DNA from: Bugula neritina
Lineage: Eukaryota; Animalia; Bryozoa
Direction of reading: 5' to 3'
Assembly (NCBI GenBank): GCA_964035545.1
Contig: OZ037769.1
Coordinates: 3,267,929 to 3,331,928 of the forward strand
DNA: 64,000 nt
Position numbers and translations under genes: made by a program
Notes under the pieces: generated by a model
What the model saw: only the letters and a program-made list of their open reading frames with translations
Told to the model about the DNA's origin: nothing
Database searches by the model: none
Shown here: positions 38,046 to 52,252 of the stretch, piece after piece
Numbering within the stretch: the first letter of the stretch is position 1
How the letters are laid out: the number at the start of each line of letters is the position of its first letter

Positions 38046-41000
38046 TAGCATAATATGTTATGTAGCATACACTCAATCAAACGCACATAGCATGTAAAAT
38101 ACATGTTATGTGGGGTATATATAGCACGAGTACCACATATAACATGTCATGTATAGCACACATTGTGTTGGTAGTACAATGACACTGTTGGAGCTACTCT
38201 GGGTTTATAGATAACTTATCTATTGTTATTGTAGAATTTGATAAACAATTCTCAACTAAATTTATTTCCAGTAACCCTGGGTTTTGGACGAAACACAAAA
38301 AAACCAAATATCCTTAACATTGAAATTTCTTGACAAACACATAAATAAAATAGCATCACTGTAGACACTAAACATTCACAAATCTCTAGCTGGGCTAGAA
38401 GCGTTATTACAAATAAAATTATCTGAAGCAGAATAGATTGAATAGTAGTATAATGCTAATATTCTGTTGAATGTGAAACTGTGGCGACATTTAATCATTT
38501 TTGTTCTCATCCATTTCACTTGGCATGCATGGCAAGAATATGCAGGTACCCTCACTGTTTTAATTTCACAAAGTATACTTCAGCGTTGAATCATACCGTT
38601 ACGTTGTTTCATGCACATGATGATGTAAACTGTTGAATATTATGTTGGTAGGAAATATATTACCAACCTCATAGCTCAATGCTAAACAAAACATTTTAAG
38701 CCGGGAATATAACTTTATAAACCACAGTGTTAAAAGTACATAAGTGGAAGCCTTAATAAGATAAAAGGTTATATATATTTTGTCATCTATTTAAAAATAT
38801 TCCAATCTACTGGTATATATATGAAAATTATATAAATTTTGCCTGTGAAGAGTGTATATTCCATAATAATTTGTACTCTGACAACGCCTTAACCTATTTC
38901 GAGAAGTTATGATGGCTCATATACCTTCAAACAATATAACAATAGTCATATTTAACCGATTATACAAGTTACTCTTATCTAATCAAAGGGCAGCTATACA
39001 ACCCTGATAACCTGATTGGCTATCAAAAAGTAAGTGAGAATATTATTAGTCATATGCATGGTAGATATGCAGTAATGTACTATATCATTCCATATATTAT
39101 TATATAGCTATATATGAGGCTTTGTCCTAGACTTGAACATCCTGGTGCAAACATACGGTAAGCTATAAGCATACAGTATTTATGTTTGTTAGGTGTTTGC
39201 TGACTAACGTATGAGTCATAGAGGTAGAAGTATTTTACGTTGGTTGCCGGTATGTTGATTCTATTCGACTCGGAAAGTAGTAGAGTTTAAAAGCGGCAGT
39301 ACGTAACATTTCACTTGAAAACATTCGTTCATTTTGCACCCACAACATTCTTATTTAGTTTTCAAGTTTAGTTAGTAATTACCAGTGACATAGTCTGTAA
39401 GACTAATAAATTTGATATCTAGAGTCATGAGACTATAAGATTCCTGTAACTTTATAAGGATCGTAAGTATAAAGGTTTTTCGTCAAGCAGAATGTCAGAT
39501 AATTACAGGAGGGATAACTTCTTAGGTTTGATACAGAGAAAAGCCTTTCTCAAAAATTATTTTTCAAAATAATTTGTATTTGAGCATACGGTTAGTATCG
39601 TATCTGGAAATCAGTTATCCAATAGTTTCAAAGCATCATATTACTTGAATTAAAAGAGTGATATTATCAAAGCTGTATTGCCTGCTGCATTTGTAACTCT
39701 GCTATTATATCAAACTTCTTTTTTTCAAAAGTTGTTAGCATGCAGACGATTGTTTATAATATAATGCCGAATGAGAGAAAAGGACATAGCAATTCCCCCG
39801 AGAGGTGTCACTTGAATACCAACTAAATTTGCTTCATATCCTCTAAAGAATTGCCCTAAAGCCAATTTCCTGTTTGTAGTTGAACGGGTAAAGAGATATT
39901 TCTGACGTCTGTTCTTTGTACGTGATCGACTCGTGCACTGAAAGCACTTTAGTCTGGGAGCAATATGCTACGTACTTCTCTTCTGGTACGTGTTTACTCG
40001 TGTAGAGCAACTGTCTCCAGTCCAGTATATCTATTATCCTATACCACTATAGAAGTCGTAGAGAACTTCGGGTCAATCAGTGGTAATGGGATTTGTATTA
40101 TATTATATAGATTTCGTCAACGACCCTCGCCTAACGAGGCGCAATTGAAATAAGTCATTGATTGGCTGAAGGTACAACCAGTTCAACTTCATTGGTTAAG
40201 TAACGATTGTAACAACTATAACAAGTGGTGGATACAGTTAGGGTTGACATTAACATGGCAATTTCTAGCAGTATTTTACATTCTAAATTAATTTTTTTAT
40301 GCGAAGGGTTTTAGGAGCTAAGAGTTATGAGAAAAAATAATATAATGTAATAGTTTTGATTGAAAAGTTTTAACAAATGCAGGTCTAAATTTTTATTTAA
40401 ATCCGCTCCTTTTAGACTTTGTTTCAAACAAAGGATATTAATTACTGTAGCTATTAGATAAGAATTTAGTCTTGTAAGTATTTTGAAAGCATAATTGTCT
40501 TCTCACTCAATTTCAGCTCATATTATAAATTTATCAATCTTCATTATAAAAACATAATTGTCTTCTCATTAAATAATAGTCTATTACAATTTTATTGCCA
40601 CCATAATATAATACCATCTTGTAAAATTTTAATATTTTTTAGCATTTTTTGCTAAGTATTATAAAATTTTATGCTGCGTTGTATAATATACATATGCATA
40701 TAATGAGCTGCATGTAGTAGACGAAAAAAGATATCGCGTTTAGAAAATATGTAGAAATTATTTGTAGAATATAAACAATGTGAAATAATTTAACAAACAT
40801 ATAACTTTACGAACCTCAGCATTTAAATTTAGTTTGCAGCAATAATAATTTTTTGCTTGTAAAAAGTTAAGTAGAAGAGACGAACAATTTTGTTTCTTGT
40901 TTTTAATGTTATATTTGTTAACATTGTAGATGTGCCTGTATTACACTATAAAGTTCTGATTCTTTTGGTTTAACATTGTATATAACATATTTTGCAGTAT

Positions 41001-41837
41001 ATACAAAATGAGCACATATATAAAACATATACTCATAGTAAAAGTATATAAAGTTCTAATTTTTTGCTTTGTTGATAAATATCTCCTAACTTAATGAAAC
41101 ACAACTTTGGTATAGTTTAAGTTACATTTTTTTTGCAAATTCATGCATACTATTTAAAATATATGCATACAACTTGGTGTTTCTGATTTGTACATGAACA
41201 ATTTTATTGCTAAATGCTAAGTAATTATTTAAATTTCTCCACAACAAATTCGTCAGCATGTTTTACATACCATCTTTTAGCAAACACTTGCAACACTCCT
41301 ATGCAATTACATATAACTGTAGCTATTGTAAGCTGTTCAGAAAATAACAACTATTATGAGTGCTGCATTTTTACACACACTCACACGCACACACACATGA
41401 AGAAAAAGAAGCATATAGTTTACTGTCATGAGTTACTTGCAAAAATAAGTTGAAATATATGTTGAAGACTTCATACATTAATACAAATGGTATACTTGCC
41501 GACAGAGGAGCGACATAATGCAACATGCTTTTAGGAGTTGCATTACCACCATCTTTCTTAGTGTGATCAAAAATATGGCATTGAAAGAAGACAATCACTG
41601 TTTTGTGGTTTACATGTTTGTATTCCGTTGAAAACATAGTTGAAAAAAACATATACATATTTTCTAACTTGTGTGCGTGTGTGCGTGTGTGTGGTTTTAA
41701 ATGGTGGTTTGGAAAAATTAACATTAATTTAACTCAAAGTCCAAACTCAAGCCACCAGCCCTTAAACCCCTCAACCTAAACCCGGCATTCTAAATCTCTA
41801 ATCCCCCCCCCCCCAGGGGGCTTTGATTTATTTACAG

Positions 41838-42440
41838 CAGGGGTGTCCAACCTTTTCAGACCGAGGGCCAGTCTGCAAGTTTTAGCTTGAGCTGGGGGCC
41901 ACAACATTTTTTTTTGTTTTTAAAATAAATTTTCAAGATTCATTAAACATCCGCAGGCCATATGTATTGTAATTATAAGCGAGGGCTAGGCTTTGCATGT
42001 TTATTAAAATCATAACGTATTTGAATAGATATATATTATTTATGTGTGTATGTGTGTATAATATATGCATTTAATTAAAATAGGTAAACAAGAAACATTT
42101 CATTTTTATTACTTTAATAATCAATAATTATATATGGATTTATGTTTGTGCATAAAAAATTATACATATATATTCATACAAAGTATAATATATTCATGAT
42201 TGTACATGCAAATTTAAACAAGATGCGCAGTGATAAGAGTCTGTACTCATACCAGTATAGTTATATTTTACAACCATCAGTGAAACACTTGTGAGTACAC
42301 AGTGAGTACTGTTTGCCTTGAACAATTCTGTTAATATCTGGTTTCGTATTAGAACATATATAACCCTTAGTTGCTGGACTAAGTGCTGACTAGTGAGTGA
42401 AGTGTAGTATTTATTTTGTGTATTTCATTTGACTGAAAAT
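41838..42440 (-). mobile_element. hAT (Charlie/SPIN-like) transposon end with decayed transposase C-terminus
   Basis: Terminus CAGGGGTGTCCAACCTTTT. Minus-strand remnant FSQMKYTK*..SNTKPDINRIVQGKQ resembles the hAT dimerisation-region tail. Confidence 0.55.
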
Positions 42441-44199
42441 TGAAAGTTCAAACCTTCAAGCCATCTCTGTGCAGTGCAGCATCTAACAAGCATTCAAAGG
42501 TCAAAGGTCAAGGCGATTACAAATCCCAAATCATTTCAGTACATACTCGCACAAAATTCATTATAAAACAAAATTGTTTAGACATCTAACCTTAAAACAG
42601 TATGTAAATGAAAACTAACATACATAGTAATATTTCAGTACTGCATAAGTAAAGTGTGTCAGGGATTCTTCAACTACTTATCTTTCACAATACAGTCAAT
42701 AAAAATGAGATCTCAGTTACACTTTCAAAAAAGTCTTGTCTCTATATGGCCAGTCCTGATTAAATGTCTTTGAAATATCTGTCTGCACAGGATAGTTACA
42801 GGTAACTTTTTAGCTGCAACTGCCTTGCTGAGGTTTGCATTGTAACTGTGTAAAAATTCAGTACCAGTAAAAACAATCTTATTTAATTGAAGGCTACTAG
42901 AATCAAAATTTAAAAACTATGGTGTGAATCTTATTTTTTCTCAGTGCAGCTTTTTTGGTATTTTTTCATTCTTTTGCAAAGTTATAGAAAAAACTGCACA
43001 TTTTTGGCTAATTTTGCCTCAAAAATTGATTTTTGGGGTACCAGTAAAATATCTTAGCAGGAAAACATGATATCTGAATAAAAAAGCAATGACTTTTAGA
43101 TTTTATATAAATTGTGGATTTATACACTAGAAATGGTATACTTCTTTTTAAGTAGTGAACACTGTGCATCACTTCACACTTCAGTGATGAGCATATGATA
43201 TAGGGGTCTACATTACTATAAGTCACAGGCTTGCTAGCTAACAGACTATCTGGCAGGAGATACACTTGCATTTATAGATATAGTGATTGCAATTAAAGAT
43301 TGAACACTTTTCCCACCATGATGAGTTATGCTATAATTACAGCTGTAAATACTTTTTCCAGACACTAATTTGATTCAAATAGCCACACACTTTAATTAGA
43401 AACAGGTGCTAATGCCGTTCTAAGTTTACTATGGAGCTTTTTAAAGATCATTTTATTTGTAGATCTTTTTAGATTGGATATAATGTGGTAAAATGCAGTA
43501 GTTTTATGGTCTTTTTATTGTTGACCTCAAATTTAGTTTGTTTGGTAGACTAAATTCTACATTTTGCATCTATATGTCTGCATGGTTATATGATTCCTTA
43601 CTTTCTTCTGTCATATTATTATTATATTAGTATTGATGTAAACACTCTATGAATCATGAAGGTCAAGAACCTTCAACATTGTGTGCATGCATTGTTATAG
43701 TTTCTTACAACTTTAGGTAAAATTGGCAGCGTCATCCCAGTTAGATGCTAATTATTAATTAATTTCAGTGCAACATATATTTTATGCACAATTCGTTTGA
43801 ATATTAATGAAATAAATCTATATTCAAATAAACTTGGATCAATTGTTTGCTATTTGAAACATAAATTTTCTTTGATCTGCATCAACTTATTAATTTTGAA
43901 ATTCTCTACATCTTGTTGTTTTTTTTATAAATATTCATCAAAAATAATGTCTATTAATAATGTATTACGGTTTTTTGCCTCACACAAATCCTTGAAAAGT
44001 AGGCTATTATTCCAAATAATTTATTAGCTAATATAGCTATAATTATAGCTATATTATAGGCATATTAGCTATTTAGCAATCGATACGCCAGTTGATGTGC
44101 AGAGTCTAACTTTGGAAGCCTTTAGGTGAGAAGAATCCAAGTGGGAAATTTAGTCTAGCTTCAACCATAGGATAAGCCTCTTATATCTGCAATATAGGA

Positions 44200-44405
44200 T
44201 GAAACCAAAATTGCCCATGCAGGTAAAAATGGAAGAGGTAAAAATGATAAAGGTAAAAATGGCACAGCTAAACATGACACAGGCAATAATGGCACAGGTA
44301 ATAATGGTTTTGTATATGTATTTTGTATTGTATATATTATATCAGTTATATACGATGCAGGTGGTTCTTATTACATGTGCCACTTTTACTGGAGCCATTT
44401 TTACA
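44200..44405. mobile_element. Non-autonomous element with 15-bp subterminal repeats (GGCACAGGTAAAAAT), copy 1
   Basis: Direct repeats on the left and inverted TGTGCCACTTTTAC/GCCATTTTTAC on the right; same family as 47420-47677. Confidence 0.55.
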
Positions 44406-45220
44406 AATGAAAAAAAAAATGGATTGTAACCGAGAGCTTTTGTGGTGGCTCGTGGAGCTACTGTCATAACGAAGAAGGGGGAAATATTAATTCCCTTCCA
44501 AGTGCAGGACGGGGTCACTAAGTGTGTTAAGAAGATGATTCGAGACAGAAACCCGCCAATATGAATCATGAACTATAATTAGCAACAGTGACTTCCCGCG
44601 TAACAGTTATGATCAAGTAGACATGCAAACTTTAATCACTGTGCTGGGTAGTTGTTAATGTGTTTGAATAGATGTAGTTTTTAGATTGTGTATTGTTGTA
44701 TAAATATATTGTAATCTGAACTACGCTTGTGAAGTTGATTTAGAATACGCGTTGTGAAATAACTTGATCGCACACTCAAACCCACAATACTGAAAAAGAT
44801 AATACTTTGACCATCATGTGCTAAAACAAATTACGTTTTTCACTTTGTTCTTTGCACTCGAAAACAGGTCCATCACTTAATTAAATTAGATGAGTAACTT
44901 ATAGGCTTGCTAATGTTTACTGATATCGTGGTTCTGTGCTAATAAGAATTGTTATAAAACCAGGTGTAGCACAAGTAGAAATGCAGTAAATAAGAAAGTA
45001 GGCACGAATGGCAGATATATATGGACACTTGATACTTTCTTCCCATTTCTTCAAATTTTGTTGAAAAGTATTTTGTTTTGCTTTCAATTTAAAGTTGGCT
45101 TTTTTTTCTTGCATCCATTATGTTTGTTTGAAACATTTTTAAAGAGTTTAATTTGATTTTGCTGACTTTACAACTTTTCCAAAATTATTGTTATAGTTAA
45201 TTTTCTAGACCTGTAACAAC

Positions 45221-46387
45221 CAGGGTTGGGGTAATTGTAATTTGTAATTGTAATTGGCTGTAATTAATTACATTTTTTCAAGTAATTGAATGTAATTTGT
45301 AATTGAGGTTTAGAAATGTAATTGTAATTGTAATTGTAATTAATTACATATCTAATGTAATTGAATTTTACAATTACTTTATAATTACATGTCAATTACT
45401 TCAAACTTTTAAATCTTAAAAAACTCCTTTTTCTACAATGCCTACTGTTAAATAACAAGTTCAGATAGTTAGGTCAATATAGTAAGGTCATTCCATGCCA
45501 GCTCACCGAATTGCCCGCGTCTATTTGTGTCTCAGATTTTGTTCATGTTTAAACCAAATAGACCTACACATGCCTCAAGTACTCTTCTTCAGTATTTCTG
45601 ACCTGACACAAATTTTTTTTGAGAACTGACTACTTTTGTGGACAAAGGTTGAGAAACATTTTGAGGAAAATTTGTGATTTCTACTTTTAGACTAATCTAT
45701 AAACGTCTATATATCTCAATCATTTTTCTAGACTGAGCCTTAAAATTTGCTGTGTGATTTGATAATACCTATCAATTTGCACTAGTAGCAACACATACTA
45801 CAGAATACTTTGTGTGCATATATGCAAAGTCATTGAATATGAACAAATCATTGTAGATTTTGAAAAATTTCAAATACTCGCCTAATCAAATTTTAAATTA
45901 CTTATAAATTGGTCTAAAAGTATAAATCACAAATTTTTCTCAAAATATTTTCCAACCTTTGTTCACCAAAGTAGTAATTTCTCAAAATGTTTTTGTGTCA
46001 GGCCAGAAATATTCACGAATGGTAATCTGAACATGTGTAGGTCTATTTAGTGTAAATATGAGCAAAATCTGAGACACAAAGACGTGGGACCCCTTGAAAG
46101 TTGGTTGATTTGGTATGGAATGACCCTGTAGTATCACTGTAGAAAACAAAAGAGGTTCACCACTGTCAACACTGCCCCGGGTAGTTGGACCCTAGAAGTG
46201 ACTTCTATTTATTCCTTGTGAGAACAAAAGTAATTGTAATTGTAATTAATTACATTACCATTTAATTGTAATTGTAATTAATTACATTTATTTTTAACTG
46301 TAATTATAATTGTAATTGTAATTGACAAATCTTCATGTAATTGTAATTGTAATTAATTACATTTACATGTAATTGACCCCAACCCTG
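45221..46387. mobile_element. hAT-type non-autonomous transposon with (GTAATT)n subterminal arrays
   Basis: TIR CAGGGTTGGGGT / ACCCCAACCCTG; perfect 8-bp TSD GTAACAAC at 45213-45220 and 46388-46395. Confidence 0.92.
45484..46127. mobile_element. Long-TIR element nested inside the hAT element
   Basis: GGTCATTCCAT..TTTGTGTCTCAGATTTTG..AAATAGACCTACACATG mirrored by CATGTGTAGGTCTATTT..CAAAATCTGAGACACAAA..ATGGAATGACC; arms about 200 bp. Confidence 0.85.
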
Positions 46388-46434
46388 GTAACAACTTTAA
46401 TTGTTATAAGTTGTAGTGTTGTGTTAACCCAGTA

Positions 46435-46505
46435 GCCTCCGTGGTGTAATGGTAGCACACTTGCTTGCAAGCCTGAGGACCCGGGTTCGATTCCCAGTAG
46501 TGGCA
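46435..46505 (+). pseudogene. tRNA-like sequence (pseudogene or SINE head), loop CTTGCAA
   Basis: Good A box (TGGTGTAATGG) and B box (GGTTCGATTCC), but two acceptor-stem mismatches and a non-pairing anticodon stem. Confidence 0.6.
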
Positions 46506-47419
46506 AATATTTCACATAAGTCTTGTTATTATATACCCGCAAACAATTTATTCTCCTTTTGTTTGTTATAGCTAATAGAAAGCTAAACCACTGCTGTATG
46601 CTTGAACCAATGAGATGGCTCAATGTTGCGTTAGGCTAAATTTGCCAGATCAGCAGCAACGTAATAGCTTATACGTAATTGATTAGAAACACTTGAAGCA
46701 TTCAATACTGAGGTACTAAGAATTTATCAGGAAATTATTTAATTTGTTGAAGTATATTCTTTATTTTAAATATTTTGAATCAATCATAACTAGTCACGAT
46801 ATTTAAATAATTTATCATCAATTTATTATGTTTTTGTTTACCATATTACTATTAGTTATTAGTATGACCGCGTGAGGTTTTATAGAAATTAAAAATAACT
46901 CTTTATTTTGATACATCATGCATGGTTACATTATGTAATAATATTACTGTTGTATGTTTTTGTATGATTTTGCACATAATTACCAGTTTTAAAGCATCAT
47001 GGTTCTTTTTATCTATTCATAATCAGTATGATTATTCTTATATTATATAAGTATTATTTAGTTTTTCTATTCCAAATTATGCCAGTCTGTATTCCTGCAA
47101 CCTTTATATAACGCTATGTTCATTGCAAATTTATATTGTTTTAGACAAAAATTAAAATTGCACATTGCAATTTGTGTGCAGAAGCTTTTATGCAACCACC
47201 CAGCGTTAGGCCTCCTGCAAAATGCAGCAAATGCAGTAAGTATAATAAAATAAAGGATATTTTATAACTTGATTATTATATATTATGATTGATTAATTTA
47301 AATTAATTTATGCTAGACAAGCCAAGTATATATGTATGCTGCTTATATCATAATAATTATTTTCAAGTGTAGTAAATTCTTTTTGAGCTTCAATCAACAA
47401 ATACCTACTATTTACAGTT

Positions 47420-47677
47420 TGCAGTAAAAATGACACAGGTAAAAATGGCACAGGTAATGATAATACTGATAATAAAGGCACAAATGGCAAAGTAGGTACA
47501 AATAATGGCACATTTTCAATGTTATGGTTTGGGGTGGGATGGGGTTTAGGTTTGGAAATGAAGGTTTGAGTTTGGGGTTTAACAAGTTTGACATCAGTGT
47601 GCATTCTTTCTCACTTTTCTATTTGTGCACTTAAATTACCATAGTGCCATTATTATACTTGTGCCATGTTATACCAG
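47420..47677. mobile_element. Non-autonomous element with 15-bp subterminal repeats and G/T-rich core, copy 2
   Basis: GGCACAGGTAA repeats, GGGGTTTAGGTTTGG core, inverted TGTGCCAT..TACCAG end. Confidence 0.55.
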
Positions 47678-48831
47678 ACGCGCAGGCAAACTGCAAGTGC
47701 AAGCGAATCGGCTCGTACTTATATAAGTAATTTGAGTTATCATAATTTAATTAGGTAATCAATGCTATTTTATCCAGCATACTTTAAAACTTGGCTATAT
47801 AGCTTTTATTTTTGTAGCTAATTTTTTCATTTATTTTTCCAATTTATTTAAAGTAGCAAAAAATTCTCAATAAAACATAATTTAAGCTAAGACAATATTT
47901 TATATACAAAAAACATATATATAGTAGACCAAGTATCATCTATTGAAATAGTTGTATAGTTGCATGATTACAACAACATATGGAATATAATATAATAGTT
48001 ATGGGCTGAGGCTTTTTCTTTGTTTGCATATAGTTTTCCAGATCATAGGTCTTGAGTTGTTTGTGGTCAATTATATATACTATTCTGTAAGTAAACAGGA
48101 TTGCTATACATAATTAGTTTAGCAATCTTTCGTTTTATGTGAGCACAGGCATCATAATCTAGATTGTATAGAATGTCTACAATTTGTTATGCTAAAACAA
48201 ATTACTTTAGCATTAACCACAAAACCAGTACAGTTTCTTGTTTTACGTGTCATATGAGTTTAATTTCATCTATGGCTCTAAATTTAAAAATAATTATGAG
48301 ATAGTAGATTTACTTATATAAAATAGTTGGGCATTCTTATATAAATCCTCAAGAATGAAATATAATTCATATACACTTCCTTGCTGTTTCTTGTTAATTG
48401 CAATAGAAATTAAAAACATAATTTTGAAATAGCCTAAGTATTTTTGTGCTCTCAAATCCTCACTGACAATTATGGTATAGCACTTTAACTTTTCAATGTG
48501 CTATATAATGAAAAGAAATGCTATAATAGCTATTATGCAAGCGTTTATTATAGATAAATGATCTCTTTAAATAAACGATGTTTCTTGCATGCAATTAAAC
48601 TTTTTTGCAATATTATACTTAAAATTATAACTCTAGCTATTAATAGACATTAAATTTTCAAGTAAAACCATCTTATATCATAATCCTATAGTCATTTATA
48701 GGTCTTTAAAAAGGATTTAGTATAATTTATCATCTGGTAAGTTATTATATATAGTTAGCACCAATTTCACCAGAAATTTCATGAGGCCATACTGCAGTTA
48801 AAACTTGTTTATTGTTATCTTGGTTTTTTAG

Positions 48832-51800
48832 TTACCAAAAGGGAATGCCCCAGCTGCAAACACGTTATACCAATAAATGCAGTCAATTGCTCCAACTGTG
48901 GTGAGTACATTATTACTTATGGTAATAGAGCTTCCAATTGTTCTACTTTGCTTTCATTGGTGTCACACACACACACACACACGCGCACACGCACTCACTC
49001 ACTCACACACTCACTCACACACGAAATATTTTACTATAAAAGTTGTGACTTCAAAGATTTTACTGCAGCGTTCACAGGTCAAATGAAAAGTATATGCATT
49101 TAGATAAGTCATTTTGTCTGGTATACAATTATACCCAGGTTCTTTTTACATATGAAGCTATATCTGCATACATGTCTTAAAAAGTTTAATTTAAAGCATC
49201 TTAAGTAATGTATAATTGGATATATATGTGTATATATTTAGGGAGCTCTATGAGATCATTAACACTACAAACTAAACAGGAGACATTGGCTAGACAGTTT
49301 GAGTATGGTGCTCAACATAAAAAAGGTAACGGCTACACAAGGCAGAGGATGTGTAACATGGTAAGCGATTTTGTTCTCTAGAATGCTATAATAATAGCAA
49401 ATTATAGGAAAATGAAAACAAAGTTGATCTGCATACATGTGTGACGCCATCAAATAAAATCTTTTAACTTCTGCAATATTGTAATGCTTAAATATAATAT
49501 CAGTTTAAGCAAAAAATGAGAAAGGTATTTTACTATGCATGCATAACTAAAACGCTGTGCCAGTAGCTTATTTACCATTTTTGGTAAAAATTGCTTTCTG
49601 TAAACAATAATTTGATGCGGTATAAGTTATTTTACTTATAATAATAACAAATAGAATTAATTACTAAGTGCATAGCTGTTCTTTTGTCCATATTATTGTT
49701 GAAATAATTTAAACTATTTTATATTTTAGTCATCATTCGCTCTTGGAGCTGGCTTTGGTACAGTTACTTTTATGATAAAGCCTAACTCAAATAAGAAGGT
49801 CACAGTGATAAGCAGTGGAGTGTCATCTGAATTCTTAGGACAACTTACTAAAGCTATGACAGCAGTGCTTTTAAGTTCAAGTAAGATGCATAAATGCTTT
49901 TAGAGCTAGATGTAATATAGAGCACTTTGTATGTTTATTTATAATTTATTGACGGTGGCAACTCAAGCTTTCTACTCGTATTTTTCACTAAACCTATGGC
50001 CAATAAATACATTTTACATAAGATATTTACATTTCTTTATGTAGTTTCAGATATAAAACATGCAAATATTTGATTATCATATATAGACCATAAAAGTTGT
50101 AAAACTACTTTTCTATTACTTTTTAAAAAAAATTTGTGCAGAGTTTGAATGTAATTTTACTTTATTGTATTTAGTACAGGAAGTTTACGATCCAAACAAG
50201 ATGACAGTCATGGAAAGCTATAATAAACTAGACAAAGATGATAAACCAGTTACCATAGTTCCCTCAACCAGTGTTTCCTCGGCCAGTGTTCCCTCAACCA
50301 GTGTTCCCTCAACCATAGGTCTCTCAACCAGTGATCCCTCAACCAGTGTTCCCTCAACCAGTGATCCCTCAACCATAGGTCTCTCAACCAGTGATCCCTC
50401 AACCAGTGTTCCCTCAACCAGTGATCCCTCAACCATAGGTCTCTCAACCAGTGATCCCTCAACCAGTGTTCCCTCAACCAGTGTTCCCTCAACCAGTGTG
50501 CCCTCAACCAGTGTGCCCTCAACCATAGATCTCTCAACCAGTGATCCCTCAACCATAGGTCTCTCAACCAGTGTGCCCTCAACCAGTGTGCCCTCAACCA
50601 GTGTGCCCTCAACCAGTGTGCCTTCAACCAGCTTTGTCTCCACCAGTGTGCTTTCAACCTGTCTTCCTTCAGCCAGTGTTTCCTCGGCCAGTGATCCCTC
50701 AACCAGTGTTCCCTCAACCAGTGATCCCTCAACCATAGGTCTCTCAACCAGTGATCCCTCAACCAGTGTTCCCTCAACCAGTGTTCCCTCAACCAGTGTT
50801 CCCTCAACCAGTGTTCCCTCAACCAGTGTGCCCTCAACCATAGATCTCTCAACCAGTGATCCCTCAACCATAGGTCTCTCAACCAGTGTGCCCTCAACCA
50901 GTGTGCCCTCAACCAGTGTGCCTTCAACCAGCTTTGTCTCCACCAGTGTGCTTTCAACCTGTCTTCCTTCAGCCAGTGTTTCCTCGGCCAGTGATCCTTC
51001 AACCAGTGTGCCCTCAGCCACTACTAGAAAGAAGAGTTCACAAAAAACAAAACGTACGTCTTTGATAATTATCCTCAAACTTTATTTAAAATCAAAATAA
51101 TTATTGTCTCACAAATTGTAACCAAATTAGACAAAGCTTATTACATACTTGCATATATTTATATTGTAGTTATAATACTTTACAATTTGTGGTTGATGCA
51201 TCAGTTTTATATTTATTGTAATATTAGCTCAATGCTATATAATACAAGGTTTTGTAAATCAAGAAAATTAAAGTTTGAAGTAATTGTTTGCACAGCTTTT
51301 TGAGTATATGCATGACACGTATAAAAGATTTCATGAATTAATTTGTCTAACAAAATGTTCAGAAACTCTTTGCAAATGTCACATATTTATAAATCGCATT
51401 ATTTACCCATGTTTAAAAAGCTGTTATAAAATCATCATATAAATATAATGTTTTATGTGTTTCTTGTTGAAGGAGGTACCAAAAAACTTTGGGTGATTGA
51501 AAAGATTACTAACGTTAAAGGAAGGGAAGCACTTGTTAAATGGAAGGGGTACAGGTAAGTTGAATTGAGACCAGCAAGAATGATCATGGAGTATGAATAA
51601 TTCTGCATTGAACTTTCATAATGATCCACTAGCAAAGTATAACACATGCATGCATACACAGACGATAGAGCTCGGTATAAAAATGTAAAATAGCTTACCC
51701 AATTTATTTGAGTATGCCATTTGTTATCGTAAGATTGAAAATTAGTGGTTAAATTCATTTGACTAGAAGACTGTTTATTTGGAAGCATTGTGTAATTAGG

Positions 51801-52252
51801 TCATGTTTTTTATAAACTGCATTTTTTTTTACTTTTTGCTAGAAATTAGAACTTGCATGTAAGCAATGTCATAACATAAAATGTTAGACAAAAATTTAAA
51901 TTACAGAGGGAGGTACAATGGAATGTCTTTGTAACTTGTCACAGATCTAGACCGATTTTTTTTTTCTTCAACTTCAGAAGTTTGGTGGGTGCTTTTGGTC
52001 TTCCAGTTTGAAAAAGTTGTTGTTTATATTCTAGGACTCCAACCTGGGAGCCAATTACAAATGTGCGTCACACAGTGTTTTACAAACAGTTTATGGTAAG
52101 TGTACTACTTCAGCTGTTCACATTATCAATTAGTTGACTAGACACTTTTAAAATTAAAGTAGCATTTAGTTATACTATGCTGCAGCTTAACTAAGTAAAC
52201 CGGTAACTGTTCATTTGTGATTTAAACATCGTAGGCATCCAGGTTATTTTGA
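48832..52252 (+). CDS. Zn-ribbon + Ser/Thr/Pro repeat + C-terminal chromodomain protein (start codon not identified)
   Basis: Phase-consistent exons 48832-48900 (TKRECPSCKHVIPINAVNCSNCG), 49242-49360, 49730-49880, 50175-51053 (PSTSV repeats), 51473-51554 (KLWVIEKITNVKGREALVKWKGY), 52035-52095 (RTPTWEPITNV); probable last exon 52235-52252. Confidence 0.8.
50255..51020 (+). repeat. Coding 15-bp minisatellite (CCCTCAACCAGTGTT) with 300-bp higher-order duplication
   Basis: About 50 units encoding PSTSV/PSTSD/PSTIG/LSTSD; a diagnostic variant block recurs at 50631 and 50931. Confidence 0.95.

Noticed and set aside
38100-44150. Possible far terminus or additional cargo genes of a KDZ element
   Set aside because: No TIR/TSD pair or phase-consistent exon chain could be established by eye.
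46435-46505. Functional tRNA gene
   Set aside because: Acceptor stem mismatches and unpaired anticodon stem; a related decayed copy at 27397 points to a repeat family.
50218-51078. Two long minus-strand ORFs (286 aa EGTLV repeats; 250 aa HWLRD repeats)
   Set aside because: Antisense shadows of the stop-free 15-bp repeat; only the plus frame joins flanking exons in phase.
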